A DNA stretch of 64,000 nucleotides from a virus (lineage: Duplodnaviria; Heunggongvirae; Uroviricota; Caudoviricetes): IMG/VR virus record IMGVR_UViG_3300045988_149498. The stretch is one strand, 5' to 3'. Made by a program: the position numbers and the translations under genes. Each line of letters begins with the position of its first letter. The stretch's first letter is position 1. A model generated the notes under the pieces. It ran no database searches. It saw only the letters and a program-made list of their open reading frames with translations, and was not told the origin of the DNA. Positions 1 through 9,251 of the stretch are shown one piece after another.

Positions 1-480
1 ACCAGTCTGATAGCCGCCTTTAGCATCTTTTCCGCGCTTAAAAGCGATACCCTTGTTACGCAAGCGTCCAAGTGATTCATGAATGGTTAAACGCAGTTTC
101 GCATCCAGACGTTTTGAGGGGAAACCACAGGCTTTAGCGAACTCCTGAAACGATAACTGGATGGTGTTTGAAGACAAGCCGTATTTGCTGAACGCGTAGA
201 TGACACCGATCCACGTTTTGAAATCAGTATCCATATCGAGTCGAGGACCGGTGATTTTAATATCATCGTAACCCTCGGCTTTAGCTATCTCCAGCTGGGA
301 AAACGCTTTGGTGGCATCAATCTCTTTACTTTCTCCTTTGCTCTTTGATGGCTTCGGAACGAATACCCCCAAGCGCATCAACGCTACAGGCTGCACAGTG
401 TTGTTTGAATTAACTGTTAGTTCTTTTGCCTTACTTTCAATGTCTGCGTAAAGAATATCGGAGATAAATGATTGATTCAT
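1..480 (-). CDS. repA: Plasmid replication initiator RepA, P1-type; N-terminal 160 codons only, 3' end lies beyond window start
   Basis: Reverse-strand ATG at 478-480; translation MNQSFISDILYADIESKAKELTV... recognised as P1 RepA; iteron origin immediately upstream. Confidence 0.85.
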   Translation of the reverse strand, partial: MNQSFISDILYADIESKAKELTVNSNNTVQPVALMRLGVFVPKPSKSKGESKEIDATKAFSQLEIAKAEGYDDIKITGPRLDMDTDFKTWIGVIYAFSKYGLSSNTIQLSFQEFAKACGFPSKRLDAKLRLTIHESLGRLRNKGIAFKRGKDAKGGYQTG

Positions 481-494
481 ATTACTTTTTCCGA

Positions 495-760
495 ATTATG
501 TGGATAGTTTTTATAAGTGATGATAACTACCCAGGCTTTCCCGTCAGCACACATCCTATATCCCGCCAGCACACATTAGCAACCCGTCAGCACACATTTT
601 TATCCCGCCAGCACACATCGTTTTCCCTCCAGCACACATCGCGATACACTTCTAGGCCAGATGTGGCGCGGCCTGCAACGATCAGGGATCTATATGGATC
701 TAATTGGGATCTGTATGGACCTAATTATTGGATCTATCCAGTGGATAATGTGGATAAGTG
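495..760. other. P1-type plasmid replication origin oriR
   Basis: DnaA-box-like TGTGGATAG at 499-507; perfect DnaA boxes AGTGGATAA 740-748 and TGTGGATAA 749-757; five GATC sites 680-735; iteron array 537-640; located directly upstream of repA. Confidence 0.8.
537..640. repeat. Iteron array (incC-like): five direct repeats with core CAGCACACAT, about 21 bp period
   Basis: Repeats CCCGTCAGCACACATCC / CCCGCCAGCACACATT / CCCGTCAGCACACATT / CCCGCCAGCACACATC / CCCTCCAGCACACATC read directly. Confidence 0.8.
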
Positions 761-798
761 AAAAACCGGCCAACAAAGCCGGTTGGAAGGAAGCTGTA

Positions 799-1191
799 TT
801 ATTCTATGCTTTCGATGAGAAGACCATGTTCATAACATTTAAGCTCATCGCCTTCGTACAGGAATTGGTATCCAATACCACCATCTTCATGGACATTAGG
901 GAATAACTCATAACTCACTGAAGAGCAAATCACACCAATACAGCGATCAACGCCTTCTCGTTCTTCAGTGCTGAAAAAATCCTCTTCGGTAAGAACATGA
1001 GTACATTGCTCATCAGCATAGGTCGGAAATACATGCTCAATGCAATCCGGGTGTTTTAAACCAAGCTGATCGGCAAGCTCGAAAGCACGACGGTATTGTT
1101 CAGATCCTGGCTTGCCAACAGTGATTTGCTCAATTTTGTAGATTGAAGTCGCTTTGTTGATAGTTTGCTTTACTGTTACTTTATCAGACAT
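799..1191 (-). CDS. Hypothetical protein, 130 aa
   Basis: Complete ORF in track, first gene-sized ORF downstream of oriR on minus strand; no recognisable motif. Confidence 0.5.
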   Translation of the reverse strand: MSDKVTVKQTINKATSIYKIEQITVGKPGSEQYRRAFELADQLGLKHPDCIEHVFPTYADEQCTHVLTEEDFFSTEEREGVDRCIGVICSSVSYELFPNVHEDGGIGYQFLYEGDELKCYEHGLLIESIE

Positions 1192-1202
1192 AAAAATCCC
1201 TT

Positions 1203-1535
1203 TTAGTTACCGCTAATAGCTCGGTTGTAATCATTAACGTTGCGATTCTTCCTGTTAATCCCCATCAGCATCGTTTCTGTATCGAGGATATACGCTGGCA
1301 GATCATCAAAATATTCACTGCTAAACTCTGGCATCCTGCACATAAATGCACTTTTTGGGTCAGGGTGGTTAACCTTTGTCGGCGTCGGCGTTAAATTCGC
1401 TGATCGACTCCCGGAGCAACCGCTGAGTGTCAGCAGGAATACGCTGGCGAACATTACCCGCCGCAACCAGTTGTTTCTGAACTTCAGCTTTTCGTTCCAT
1501 TTGCCTGTCAGCATATTTGGCTTGTTCTGATTCAT
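1203..1535 (-). CDS. Putative lipoprotein (lipobox L-S-G-C after hydrophobic stretch); start uncertain (M1, M8 or M28)
   Basis: ORF with RRVMFASVFLLTLSGC signal/lipobox; AGGAAG RBS before M1; overlaps upstream gene 1369-1791 out of frame. Confidence 0.5.
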   Translation of the reverse strand: MNQNKPNMLTGKWNEKLKFRNNWLRRVMFASVFLLTLSGCSGSRSANLTPTPTKVNHPDPKSAFMCRMPEFSSEYFDDLPAYILDTETMLMGINRKNRNVNDYNRAISGN

Positions 1536-1791
1536 TTTTCACTTCCTGGCTGTGAAAATGTTGCTCTGCTTTGTTCATCGTCTCAATGGTCTGGTTAAGA
1601 TCCATTATTGACTTATCACGTTCCTTAACAGCCTGATCAAGACTGCCAATTTTCTCCATGGCTTGCTTTAGCTGATGACGTTCCCATGCAAACCCAGCAC
1701 CAACAAGTGCGCAAATCAGAACAAGAACACCAGTAGCAGCAAGTTTCTCCTTCAAAGACAAAGCTGTTTTTAACGTAGAAAAGAATGACAT
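1369..1791 (-). CDS. Membrane-anchored coiled-coil protein, 140 aa
   Basis: ATG at M10 of track ORF preceded by AGGAGG RBS; one TM helix (LAATGVLVLICALVGAGFAW) then charged helical region. Confidence 0.5.
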   Translation of the reverse strand: MSFFSTLKTALSLKEKLAATGVLVLICALVGAGFAWERHQLKQAMEKIGSLDQAVKERDKSIMDLNQTIETMNKAEQHFHSQEVKNESEQAKYADRQMERKAEVQKQLVAAGNVRQRIPADTQRLLRESISEFNADADKG

Positions 1792-1830
1792 GTCTTCCTC
1801 CTGAAGAAAAATTATCAATGAAGTCCTTTG

Positions 1831-2619
1831 TTACTGTGCCGCTTTGTTTAATTCATCAAGAACAGAATCAGGAACCAAAGCGGCAACTGCGCTGGCTGTG
1901 CTGGCCTTATTTGCTGATGCTTCCGCAAGCGCGGTACCGATAGCATGGTTATAAGCAGTTATGGCTACGTTGGCGCTTTCATTCGCTCGTTCATACTGCT
2001 GTTGTAACGCAGTTGTGGGCGCTGTTGTCTGGTTGAAAACAACCCCAAACTGTTCAGTTGCTACTTTCAGAGATTCAATTTGCTCTTCTGTTAGTGCTGG
2101 TGGGGGAGTGGCAGTGCCGCCGCCTGAACCAGAGCCTGACGAGCTTCCTGAGCCAGTGTTAAGGGTCTGGTTAATCTCCCCCATAGCAGCGACTAAACTT
2201 GATGTATTAAGCGCGTTAACAGCGTCCTCAAGCGATTTAGTAATATTCACATCACCAATGGCAATAGAGATCGGCAGTTCTGAAACTTCTCGCTCATTAG
2301 CACGGCAGTAAACATCCCAACCAATATCGAGTTGAAGCAGCATTGACAGATCGGCATAACCAGCCAACAGGTCCGCGTGCTTAGTTGCCAGTTCTCCAAT
2401 GTTCGTTAAGCCGGTTGTGGTTGTTCTGATCGTTGAAACATAGCTGGTAATAGTGTCAGGATAGACAATTGTATCCAGAATTAATCCGGTCAATTCTTCT
2501 GCAAGCAGTTTTGCTGTGTTAGCACTGTTTCGTGCCGATGTTATGGCACCAGGTGTTTTCATCCCACCGGCGGCGGCCAATTTTTTATATGCGGATAACT
2601 GGTAGTCTTTTTCCAGCAT
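1831..2619 (-). CDS. Hypothetical protein with Gly/Ser-rich linker, 262 aa
   Basis: Internal ATG of track ORF 1831-2676 preceded by AGGAGATATC; GSGSSSGSGSGGG linker. Confidence 0.55.
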   Translation of the reverse strand: MLEKDYQLSAYKKLAAAGGMKTPGAITSARNSANTAKLLAEELTGLILDTIVYPDTITSYVSTIRTTTTGLTNIGELATKHADLLAGYADLSMLLQLDIGWDVYCRANEREVSELPISIAIGDVNITKSLEDAVNALNTSSLVAAMGEINQTLNTGSGSSSGSGSGGGTATPPPALTEEQIESLKVATEQFGVVFNQTTAPTTALQQQYERANESANVAITAYNHAIGTALAEASANKASTASAVAALVPDSVLDELNKAAQ

Positions 2620-2627
2620 GATATCTC

Positions 2628-2912
2628 CTAACTTACCTGAACCAGGCCGTCTCCGGACGCTACGGTAGATCCGCATGAAACAGGGTCACCAACGCATACG
2701 ATCCCTTTACCATTGACGGTAAACCATGCCCTGGTTGATATAGCTTGCCCACCGTGCGTACTGTTTCCATCGGTATGCTGTGCATATTGCTTACCATCAA
2801 CTAACACTTCGACTCCGTTGACTTTAAGTAGTGGTTCACTCTCTACAGGAGGCCTGGATGGGAATCCTCCGTGCCCCGAACAAATGCTGTCTTTTGTTGC
2901 AATACTTGCCAC
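2628..2912 (-). CDS. Small Gly-rich protein with PAAR-like repeat pattern, 94 aa
   Basis: ORF abutting downstream gene; repeated NGxxVLVxG / VNGKGIVCVGD segments reminiscent of PAAR cone proteins. Confidence 0.4.
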   Translation of the reverse strand: MASIATKDSICSGHGGFPSRPPVESEPLLKVNGVEVLVDGKQYAQHTDGNSTHGGQAISTRAWFTVNGKGIVCVGDPVSCGSTVASGDGLVQVS

Positions 2913-2993
2913 GCCATCACCAATTATTTGCTCTGATTTTCGTTATTTTAACTTAAGTTATTTGTGGGCTGTATGGCGTTTACTTATTACAAA

Positions 2994-3010
2994 ATTGCTC
3001 TAATAAATAT
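2994..3010 (+). promoter_or_regulatory. C1 repressor operator-like site ATTGCTCTAATAAATAT
   Basis: 16/17 match to P1 C1 operator consensus ATTGCTCTAATAAATTT; sits at start of uhr-hrdC-dmt operon. Confidence 0.6.
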
Positions 3011-3081
3011 TGTTTTTTGTGTCGTATTTTCGGTACCATTCAGCCATCGCCCTTCAATGGGCATTTGTTTGGAGTCGTCAG

Positions 3082-3366
3082 ATGCAGATGGAGCTAATAA
3101 GCCGCAAAGAGTTCGATAGCCGTGTAACCAGCGGTGAACTCGACAACTTGCAGGCTATCAAGGTGAAAGAAGGCTTTTGCCTCATTGGGAATCAGAGCGG
3201 AACAAATCGCGTTTTTATGCTTCGCCGTACGGATTTGAAGCCATTTGTCTGGAAGAACGAAATTGGTCCCAGCTCATACGCTCAAACGAGGGGGTGCCAC
3301 AACCTGGCCTTTTTCTACAAAGACGAGCTTTCTGTGGTTGATATTCAAGGGTTACAACATGTTTAA
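3082..3366 (+). CDS. Hypothetical protein upstream of rdgC homolog (P1 uhr position), 94 aa
   Basis: ATG after GGAG RBS inside track ORF 3010-3366; stop overlaps hrdC start (ATGTTTAA). Confidence 0.5.
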   Translation: MQMELISRKEFDSRVTSGELDNLQAIKVKEGFCLIGNQSGTNRVFMLRRTDLKPFVWKNEIGPSSYAQTRGCHNLAFFYKDELSVVDIQGLQHV

Positions 3367-4264
3367 GCACTGGAAAAACATTACTATTTATAAACTTTCT
3401 CGTGAGGCGGATCTGACCGACTTAGAAGATAAAAAGAAAATGATCCTTTTCACGCCATGCGGTAGTCAGGATATGGCCAAGTTCGGTTTTGTATCGCCAT
3501 TTGGTGATAATTCCGAAGTTATCGCTATGCATGGAAATGGTTTTATCCTTGTTGAAGCAAAGCGCGAAACAAAAATTCTTCCCCCGCCGGTTATCCAGCG
3601 AGCTATTCAAGAAAAAATTGAAAAACTTGAGCAAGAACAAGCGCGTAAACTGAAGAAAACAGAGAAGGACTCCCTGAAAGACGAAGTTCTGCATTCTCTT
3701 CTTCCACGGGCTTTTTCAAAGTTTTCTGTTATCCAGGCGATCTACGACGGTTCAACTAAACGTATCTATATCAATGCCAGCGCGCGGCAGGCAGAAGATA
3801 TGCTCGCGCTTATGCGTAAGTCTCTGGGTTCTCTTCCTGTTGTTCCCCTGAGTGTTGAAAATCCCATTGAATTAACGCTGACCGACTGGGTACGTGATGG
3901 TAGTGCTCCACAGGGATTTCAAATGGGGGATGCGGCAGAACTTAAGGCAGTGCTTGAGGATGGCGGTATTGCCCGAGTGAAAAAGCAGGATTTGGGAAGC
4001 GATGAAATTTCCACACACCTGGAAGCTGGCAAGCTCGTCACTAAGTTGGCACTCGACTGGCAGAACCGCATTAAATTTACACTGGACCATAACTTCAGCC
4101 TTACCAGCGTCAAATTTGCGGATGAATTGCTTGAGCAGAACTCTGATATTGATAGTGAAGATGTTGCGCAGCGACTGGACGCAGATTTCTTCCTGTTGAC
4201 CAGTGAAATTTCGTGCCTGGTTGATGCTCTGGTAAATGCCCTTGGTGGAGAGGCTAAGCAGTGA
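3359..4264 (+). CDS. hrdC: RdgC-like recombination-associated protein
   Basis: Internal start [13 protein letters not shown]...; near-colinear similarity to E. coli RdgC from recall ([34 protein letters not shown]). Confidence 0.9.
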   Translation: MFKHWKNITIYKLSREADLTDLEDKKKMILFTPCGSQDMAKFGFVSPFGDNSEVIAMHGNGFILVEAKRETKILPPPVIQRAIQEKIEKLEQEQARKLKKTEKDSLKDEVLHSLLPRAFSKFSVIQAIYDGSTKRIYINASARQAEDMLALMRKSLGSLPVVPLSVENPIELTLTDWVRDGSAPQGFQMGDAAELKAVLEDGGIARVKKQDLGSDEISTHLEAGKLVTKLALDWQNRIKFTLDHNFSLTSVKFADELLEQNSDIDSEDVAQRLDADFFLLTSEISCLVDALVNALGGEAKQ

Positions 4265-6279
4265 AAGAGCTGTGCTATGGATCTGTTTGCAGTGGAATTG
4301 AAGCCGCGAGTATTGCCTGGGAACCGTTGGGTATGCGTCCGGCGTGGTTTGCTGAAATCGAGCCTTTTCCATCTGCCGTTCTTGCGCACCGCTGGCCCCA
4401 TGTCGCCAACCTTGGCGACATGACAAAACTTGCCAAAAAAGTCTTGGCTGGGGAAATCGAATCCCCTGATGTGCTCGTTGGGGGAACACCTTGTCAGGCA
4501 TTCAGTATCGCGGGATTAGGTGGTGGGCTTGATGATGAGCGTGGCGCGCTAACTTTAAAGTATGTGGAGCTTGCAAATGCAATTGACGACAAACGGGCTG
4601 AGTCATTTCTCAAACCAGCAGTTATCGTCTGGGAAAATGTCCCAGGAGTCTTGTCATCGGCAGATAACGCCTTCGGATGTTTCCTTGCCGGATTGGCTGG
4701 AGAAGATGCGCCATTCGAACCAGGTGATCGACCTGAATCAGGAAAAAGTAACGCGTTCTGGCGGTGGGATGTCAAAACCGGTTGCCATGCTCCAAAGTGG
4801 CCGCAGTGTGGTTGTATTTATGGACCGCAGCGAAAAGTGGCCTGGAGAATCCTTGATGCCCAATACTTCGGAGTGGCACAACGACGCCGACGCGTGTTTG
4901 TTGTCGCAAGTGCTCGAACAGACCTCGATCCCGCAACGGTACTTTTTGAGTTCGAAGGCGTGCGCCGGAATATTGCGCCGAGCAGAGGCGAGGGGAAGGA
5001 AACTACCAGATATACTTCAAACATCGCTATCAGAACTTGCGATGATACAAACATAATTGCCATGGCACATGGGCAAGGAGGGGCTGAGATAAAAACCGAT
5101 AATTCGGCACCAACTTTGACATGTAACCATGAAGCACCAATTGTATTGCTCGGCGACGGTAGAATGCGCCGTCTTACCCCTGTCGAATGTGAAAGGCTGC
5201 AAGGTTTTCCTGATGGACATACATTGATCCCTACGGAAAAGCGTAAAAAAGTTTCTTCAGATGAACTGGCATACCTTCGCAAAAACTATCCTGATTTGAG
5301 CGAAGAAGAGGCCGCGATGCTTGCAGCTGACGGACCGCGTTACAAAGCGATCGGCAATAGTATGGCGATACCAGTAATGCGCTGGATTGGCGATCGGATT
5401 ACCAAGGCTGCATGTCGGCAGAATGAAGGGAATGAAACAAAAGAGCGAAAAGTTAAACCAGCGGCAGAATTCGAACGGTCCATATTCAAATGGGCTGGTG
5501 GAAAATTTGGTGTTCTGGAACAAATCTTTCGCTATTTGCCAGAAGGGAAGCGCCTGATTGAACCTTTTGTCGGTGGCGGAGCTGTCTTCATGAATGCCGG
5601 ATACAAGGAAAATCTGCTAAATGATGTGAATGCTGACCTGATTAACTTTTACAAGACTTTGCAACGTGAGGAACGTTCACTTATCACTCTGGCGCATCGG
5701 TTTTTCCAGGACTACAACACACAGGAAGGATACCTGGCAGTACGGAATGCGTTTAACAAACAAGTCTATGATGATTTACATCGCGCAGCGGCGTTTTTGT
5801 TCCTGAACCGACATTGTTTTAACGGATTGACGCGTTACAACCAGGCCGGTGAGTTCAATGTCGGTTATGGGAAGTATAAAACTCCGTATTTCCCATTGCA
5901 GGAGATGGAAGCCTTCCTTGGTGCGGAAGGGCGTTCTGAGTTTGTATGTGGTGATTTTGCTGCGGTGATTGAAGCTGCCGGAGAAGGAGATGTCATTTTT
6001 TGCGATCCGCCATATGAACCGCTTCCAAATACAGAGGGATTCACGAACTATTCCGGTCATGACTTTAAGTTTGAAGAGCAAAAACGCCTGGTGTCTCTGT
6101 TGACGGATGCTCATCGCCGAGGTGCAAAGGTTCTCATTACTAACAGTGGCGCGCCAAACATCAGAGAGCTTTATCATGACAATGGCTTCAGAGTGGAACC
6201 TCTTTTTGCCAGACGTTCTGTGTCTTGTAAGGGGGACACTCGAGGTGTTGCTCATGACGTTTTAGGTATATTGCTATAA
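4261..6279 (+). CDS. dmt: Bifunctional DNA methyltransferase: N-terminal C5-cytosine MTase domain plus C-terminal Dam-like N6-adenine MTase domain
   Basis: GTG start overlapping hrdC stop; motifs GGTPCQAFS and ENVPG (C5 MTase), then KWAGGK...[10 protein letters not shown] and CDPPY (Dam-like). Confidence 0.9.
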   Translation: MKELCYGSVCSGIEAASIAWEPLGMRPAWFAEIEPFPSAVLAHRWPHVANLGDMTKLAKKVLAGEIESPDVLVGGTPCQAFSIAGLGGGLDDERGALTLKYVELANAIDDKRAESFLKPAVIVWENVPGVLSSADNAFGCFLAGLAGEDAPFEPGDRPESGKSNAFWRWDVKTGCHAPKWPQCGCIYGPQRKVAWRILDAQYFGVAQRRRRVFVVASARTDLDPATVLFEFEGVRRNIAPSRGEGKETTRYTSNIAIRTCDDTNIIAMAHGQGGAEIKTDNSAPTLTCNHEAPIVLLGDGRMRRLTPVECERLQGFPDGHTLIPTEKRKKVSSDELAYLRKNYPDLSEEEAAMLAADGPRYKAIGNSMAIPVMRWIGDRITKAACRQNEGNETKERKVKPAAEFERSIFKWAGGKFGVLEQIFRYLPEGKRLIEPFVGGGAVFMNAGYKENLLNDVNADLINFYKTLQREERSLITLAHRFFQDYNTQEGYLAVRNAFNKQVYDDLHRAAAFLFLNRHCFNGLTRYNQAGEFNVGYGKYKTPYFPLQEMEAFLGAEGRSEFVCGDFAAVIEAAGEGDVIFCDPPYEPLPNTEGFTNYSGHDFKFEEQKRLVSLLTDAHRRGAKVLITNSGAPNIRELYHDNGFRVEPLFARRSVSCKGDTRGVAHDVLGILL

Positions 6280-6297
6280 TAAATTTATTAGTGTAAT
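6270..6297. promoter_or_regulatory. Two overlapping, oppositely oriented C1-operator-like sites with embedded TATAAT
   Basis: ATTGCTATAATAAATTT (6270-6286) and AAATTTATTAGTGTAAT (6281-6297); TATAAT at 6275-6280; overlaps dmt stop. Confidence 0.55.
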
Positions 6298-6487
6298 ATC
6301 GCCTCAATGAATCGTGATTTATAGAGCGATTTAGCTGTTAGCCGCGACAGGCGCGGCGGTAAGCATGGCTGGGCCTAGTCCTCCCAGACAAACCACCGAG
6401 TTGCCAGGTTGACCATGCGCCTAAGTGGCAACGCCGAAGTGCGTTACGAGCTTCCAGTTTGCCCATCTTCGGGTGGGCGTTTTTTTC
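6298..6487 (+). ncRNA. Candidate structured small RNA / leader ending at an intrinsic terminator
   Basis: No credible ORF; several stems (GCCGCG-ACAG-CGCGGC, GTTGCCA...TGGCAAC) followed by terminator; downstream of operator/promoter pair. Confidence 0.3.
6461..6487 (+). terminator. Rho-independent terminator
   Basis: Stem GCCCATC / GGTGGGC with TTCG loop followed by TTTTTTT. Confidence 0.6.
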
Positions 6488-6671
6488 AGGGTTTTCGTCA
6501 TGGTTAGCGACTTTGCGGCGGTTTAGAAACTGACCATTAAAGTAAATGCAAACGATAATCTGATGATGGTAGCGGCCTAAGAAGCCAGACGCCACGGGGT
6601 ATGAGTCGTCCCCCGTCAAAAAATCGACCACAGAGTGTCCCCGTCTGTGTATTAGGGAACGGGGAGGCACA

Positions 6672-6744
6672 ACAGGTAAGGGCGCTGGTGTGATTAACCA
6701 GATGAACGAGAAGGGGCCATCTGTTGGTCAGCGTCCTTTCCTGT
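6672..6744 (+). repeat. Long imperfect hairpin, member A of ACAGGTAAG-hairpin family
   Basis: ACAGGTAAGGGCGCTG pairs with CAGCGTCCTTTCCTGT (15 of 16 bp) around a 41-nt interior. Confidence 0.5.
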
Positions 6745-6951
6745 TGCGTCTTCTTTTCAGCGTAACAGCGGTGCTTAACAGCACTTTGGGTACAGTTCCA
6801 CGAATTTACGGGTATATCCCGTCATGCTGAAGGCGCTAATCACGCTGGAAGCCAGGGTTATGCATCCCCTGTTACCGAATTGCAGTCAGGGCGCGGTGCG
6901 CCGAAAAGCATACGGAGGTGGAAGCCCTCGCCGGAGACGTACCCGGCAAGT

Positions 6952-7027
6952 GATGGTGTAGCTCAGCGGTTAGAGCGGTTGACTGTTAATCAACGGGTCG
7001 ATGGTTCAAATCCATCCACCATCGCCA
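6952..7027 (+). tRNA. tRNA-Asn (anticodon GTT), CCA encoded
   Basis: Cloverleaf folded by hand: acceptor GATGGTG/CACCATC, D-arm GCTC...GAGC, anticodon loop CTGTTAA, T-arm GATGG-TTCAAAT-CCATC. Confidence 0.85.
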
Positions 7028-7029
7028 AT

Positions 7030-7105
7030 GCCGGTTTAGCTCAGTTGGTAGAGCGCCTGCCTTGTAAGCAGGATGTCAGCGGTTCGAGTCCGTTAACCGG
7101 CACCA
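7030..7105 (+). tRNA. tRNA-Thr (anticodon TGT), CCA encoded
   Basis: Acceptor GCCGGTT/AACCGGC, anticodon stem CCTGC/GCAGG with loop CTTGTAA, T-loop TTCGAGT; 2 nt after tRNA-Asn. Confidence 0.85.
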
Positions 7106-7113
7106 GCACAACA

Positions 7114-7168
7114 GGTAAGGGCATTCTCCCTTATGGGGCTTGGCTTAAATGCATCGAGTGCTCTTACC
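7114..7168 (+). repeat. Long hairpin, member B1 of ACAGGTAAG-hairpin family
   Basis: GGTAAGGGCATTC pairs with GAGTGCTCTTACC (13 bp incl. 2 G-T); starts 9 nt after tRNA-Thr. Confidence 0.5.
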
Positions 7169-7319
7169 GTTGTGATGAAGTGCAGCTCTTTGAAGCAACC
7201 AGAAGATAAGCATCTGGCTTCACAACATAAACCGCAGGAACGACCAATAAACGGTAGTCCGTATGGAGAACACCCCGTTGAGGAAGAGGCCTGGCCGGAA
7301 CCGTAACCGGCACTACAAC

Positions 7320-7401
7320 GTTGAGAACATTGGCGTAACGGGGTCATATCCCAATCTATGAATAAATGTCGCGAGGCAGCGTGACAACCAGTGTTCTCAA
7401 C
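7320..7401 (+). repeat. Long hairpin, member B2 of the family, with T-arm-like inner hairpin
   Basis: GTTGAGAACATTGG pairs with CCAGTGTTCTCAAC; interior contains GGGGTCATATCCC; followed by conserved ATTGTGGTGAATGC. Confidence 0.45.
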
Positions 7402-7596
7402 ATTGTGGTGAATGCACAGGCTGATGTGCCGCAACTACAGTAGTGCGCGCTTTGCGGGGCTTGCTACAACCCTGTGTCGGAGTTCAGCACCGACCATCAC
7501 AGTTTGATTCTCTGGCATGAGCATAACGCTGAAATAAGTCCAGTCTGGTGCGGTCTGATCACCCGCCGTTAGCTCCACGAAACGGAGCACGTAACA

Positions 7597-7662
7597 GGTA
7601 AGAGCATTCTCCTGTAACGGGTTCATATCCCAATCTACAGGTCCACCAAGAATGCTCTTTCC
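7597..7662 (+). repeat. Long hairpin, member C of the family, with nested stem and T-arm-like loop
   Basis: GGTAAGAGCATTCT pairs with AGAATGCTCTTTCC; nested CCTGTA...TACAGG enclosing GGGTTCATATCCC; followed by CGTTGCGGTGAATGC. Confidence 0.5.
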
Positions 7663-7817
7663 GTTGCGGTGAATGCGGCTAAGCGCACGCGGGGAAATGG
7701 TTATATCTGTCCATTATTTCTCCTTGTTTCCCCGTCCACGGTAGATAACCAGCCAAAGGATACCGGGAGGCACCCGGCACCGCAGCTTTTTTATTCGTTA
7801 AATAATGGAGTGAGAGG

Positions 7818-8054
7818 ATGCAGAACAATCCGAACAAATGTCGAACGCTATGGGTGCGGTTATATATTTATGCCGTCCTCTGTTTGATTGTGTCACTGGT
7901 TCTGTATGTTTGGCTTTTGCCAAATATGATCTCATCTAACAGCACAATACTTGTATTGTTGGGAGTCCTTCTCGCGCTCATTTACCCGGCTTTCGCAGTA
8001 GTCTTTTTTCGTGAAAAAACCAGGAAATTAATTAATGAAAAAAACGTTGATTAG
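7818..8054 (+). CDS. Small inner-membrane protein (two TM helices), upstream of plp
   Basis: ATG after GGAG..GAGG RBS; hydrophobic segments; 3' end overlaps plp start. Confidence 0.65.
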   Translation: MQNNPNKCRTLWVRLYIYAVLCLIVSLVLYVWLLPNMISSNSTILVLLGVLLALIYPAFAVVFFREKTRKLINEKNVD

Positions 8055-8862
8055 TGCAGCGATTATTTTGGGTTCTTTATGTCTGACCGGATGCGATCGG
8101 GTAGAGCCAGGTAACGTAGGGATCAAAGTAAATAAGCTGGGGGATGATAAAGGTATCGGTGAAGTAGTTGGCGTTGGTCGCTACTGGACAGGCTTGAATA
8201 CTGAAGTTTATATCTTCCCGACCTTTAAGCAAATGAAGACATACGATGAGCCGTTCAGCTTCCAGATGAGCGACGGAACAACCATTGGTTACCACATCGG
8301 CGTAGCCTACAAGGTTGATCCAGCAAAAGTCACAACGGTATTTCAGACCTATCGCAAAGGTGTAGATGATATTACTGATACCGATCTACGCCAGAAGGTT
8401 GCAGATGCTCTGAACCGGTTAGCCAGCAAAATGACCACCGACAAATTTATCGACGGTGGCAAATCTGAATTGCTTGATGCAGCCCTTAAAGACATTCAGG
8501 AAGAAATGACGCCAATCGGCATTCAGGTGATGAGCCTCTCTTATGTAGGTAAGCCAGAATACCCGCCAACAGTTATTGACAGTATTAACGCCAAAGTCAC
8601 GGCAAACCAAAAAACCCTGCAACGCGAGCAAGAGGTCAAACAACGTGAAGCAGAGGCCAACATGCTGCGCGCGGAAGCTGCCGGACAGGCTGATGCTATT
8701 CGCACAAAAGCCCAGGCCGAAGCTGATGCCATTCGTTTACGTGGTGAAGCTCTGCGCCAGAACCCCGGTGTTATGGAGTTGGAAGCGATCAACAAATGGA
8801 ACGGTACATTACCGCAGTATATGACCAGTAATACCGCTGTTCCGTTTGTTCCGGTGAAATAA
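8035..8862 (+). CDS. plp: Lipoprotein with SPFH/band-7-like domain
   Basis: Signal peptide plus lipobox LCLTGC; Ala/Gln/Glu-rich coiled coil at C-terminus; position after tRNA genes as in P1. Confidence 0.8.
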   Translation: MKKTLISAAIILGSLCLTGCDRVEPGNVGIKVNKLGDDKGIGEVVGVGRYWTGLNTEVYIFPTFKQMKTYDEPFSFQMSDGTTIGYHIGVAYKVDPAKVTTVFQTYRKGVDDITDTDLRQKVADALNRLASKMTTDKFIDGGKSELLDAALKDIQEEMTPIGIQVMSLSYVGKPEYPPTVIDSINAKVTANQKTLQREQEVKQREAEANMLRAEAAGQADAIRTKAQAEADAIRLRGEALRQNPGVMELEAINKWNGTLPQYMTSNTAVPFVPVK

Positions 8863-8889
8863 AAGTGTAAGCAAAATTGGCAGTAATCC

Positions 8890-8965
8890 GGCCCTTTAGC
8901 TCAGTGGTTAGAGCTGGCGACTCATAATCGCACGGTCACCGGTTCAAGTCCGGTAGGGGCCACCA
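8890..8965 (+). tRNA. tRNA-Ile2-like (anticodon CAT, ileX-type), CCA encoded
   Basis: Near-identical over most of its length to E. coli ileX as recalled (GGCCCCTTAGCTCAGTGGTTAGAGC...GGTTCAAGTCC...AGGGGCCACCA); anticodon loop CTCATAA. Confidence 0.85.
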
Positions 8966-9251
8966 CATTTGGTTGTAACACGGCGTCTGGCACATGCGTC
9001 GTTAGCGGTCTGGTGACGTTAAAAGGGGGGAACCTTGCCCCTAGCTCAGGCAACGAACCAGGTAGCCGGAATGTGCAAGCCACCGTTTGTTGTTTTTCGG
9101 GTAAAGGGATTCACCATCCTGGCGATTCGGTGTGACAGCCGGGAAGAGTCCGGCGCATTAATCCTGATTTTCTGGTGATGACTCATATCGTTAGGAGTGA
9201 TTTGAGTATGCCGATTATATCTGACATTCAGCACACCAGGATGGAGTGTTA

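Noticed and set aside
537-640. Possible CRISPR-like array suggested by regularly spaced CAGCACACAT repeats
   Set aside because: Period is about 21 bp with no spacer-sized unique segments, no cas genes; pattern matches plasmid iterons next to repA.
468-906. Track ORFs 468-761 and 661-906 on the plus strand
   Set aside because: They read through the iteron array, GATC cluster and DnaA boxes of the replication origin; low-complexity translation, no RBS context; origin DNA rather than genes.
7111-7120. CAGGTAAG sequences resembling eukaryotic 5' splice sites, raising the idea of an intron
   Set aside because: No intron-encoded ORF or group I/II core structure evident; motif is the conserved 5' arm of the hairpin family.
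6338-7626. Track ORFs 6338-6670(-), 6880-7209(+), 7093-7434(-), 7435-7626(-)
   Set aside because: They overlap the tRNA genes and structured hairpins; the 6880 frame literally translates tRNA-Asn and tRNA-Thr; no coding signal.
6298-7670. Retron msr-msd ncRNA hypothesis for the structured repeats
   Set aside because: No reverse transcriptase gene in the window; no flanking a1/a2 inverted repeats.
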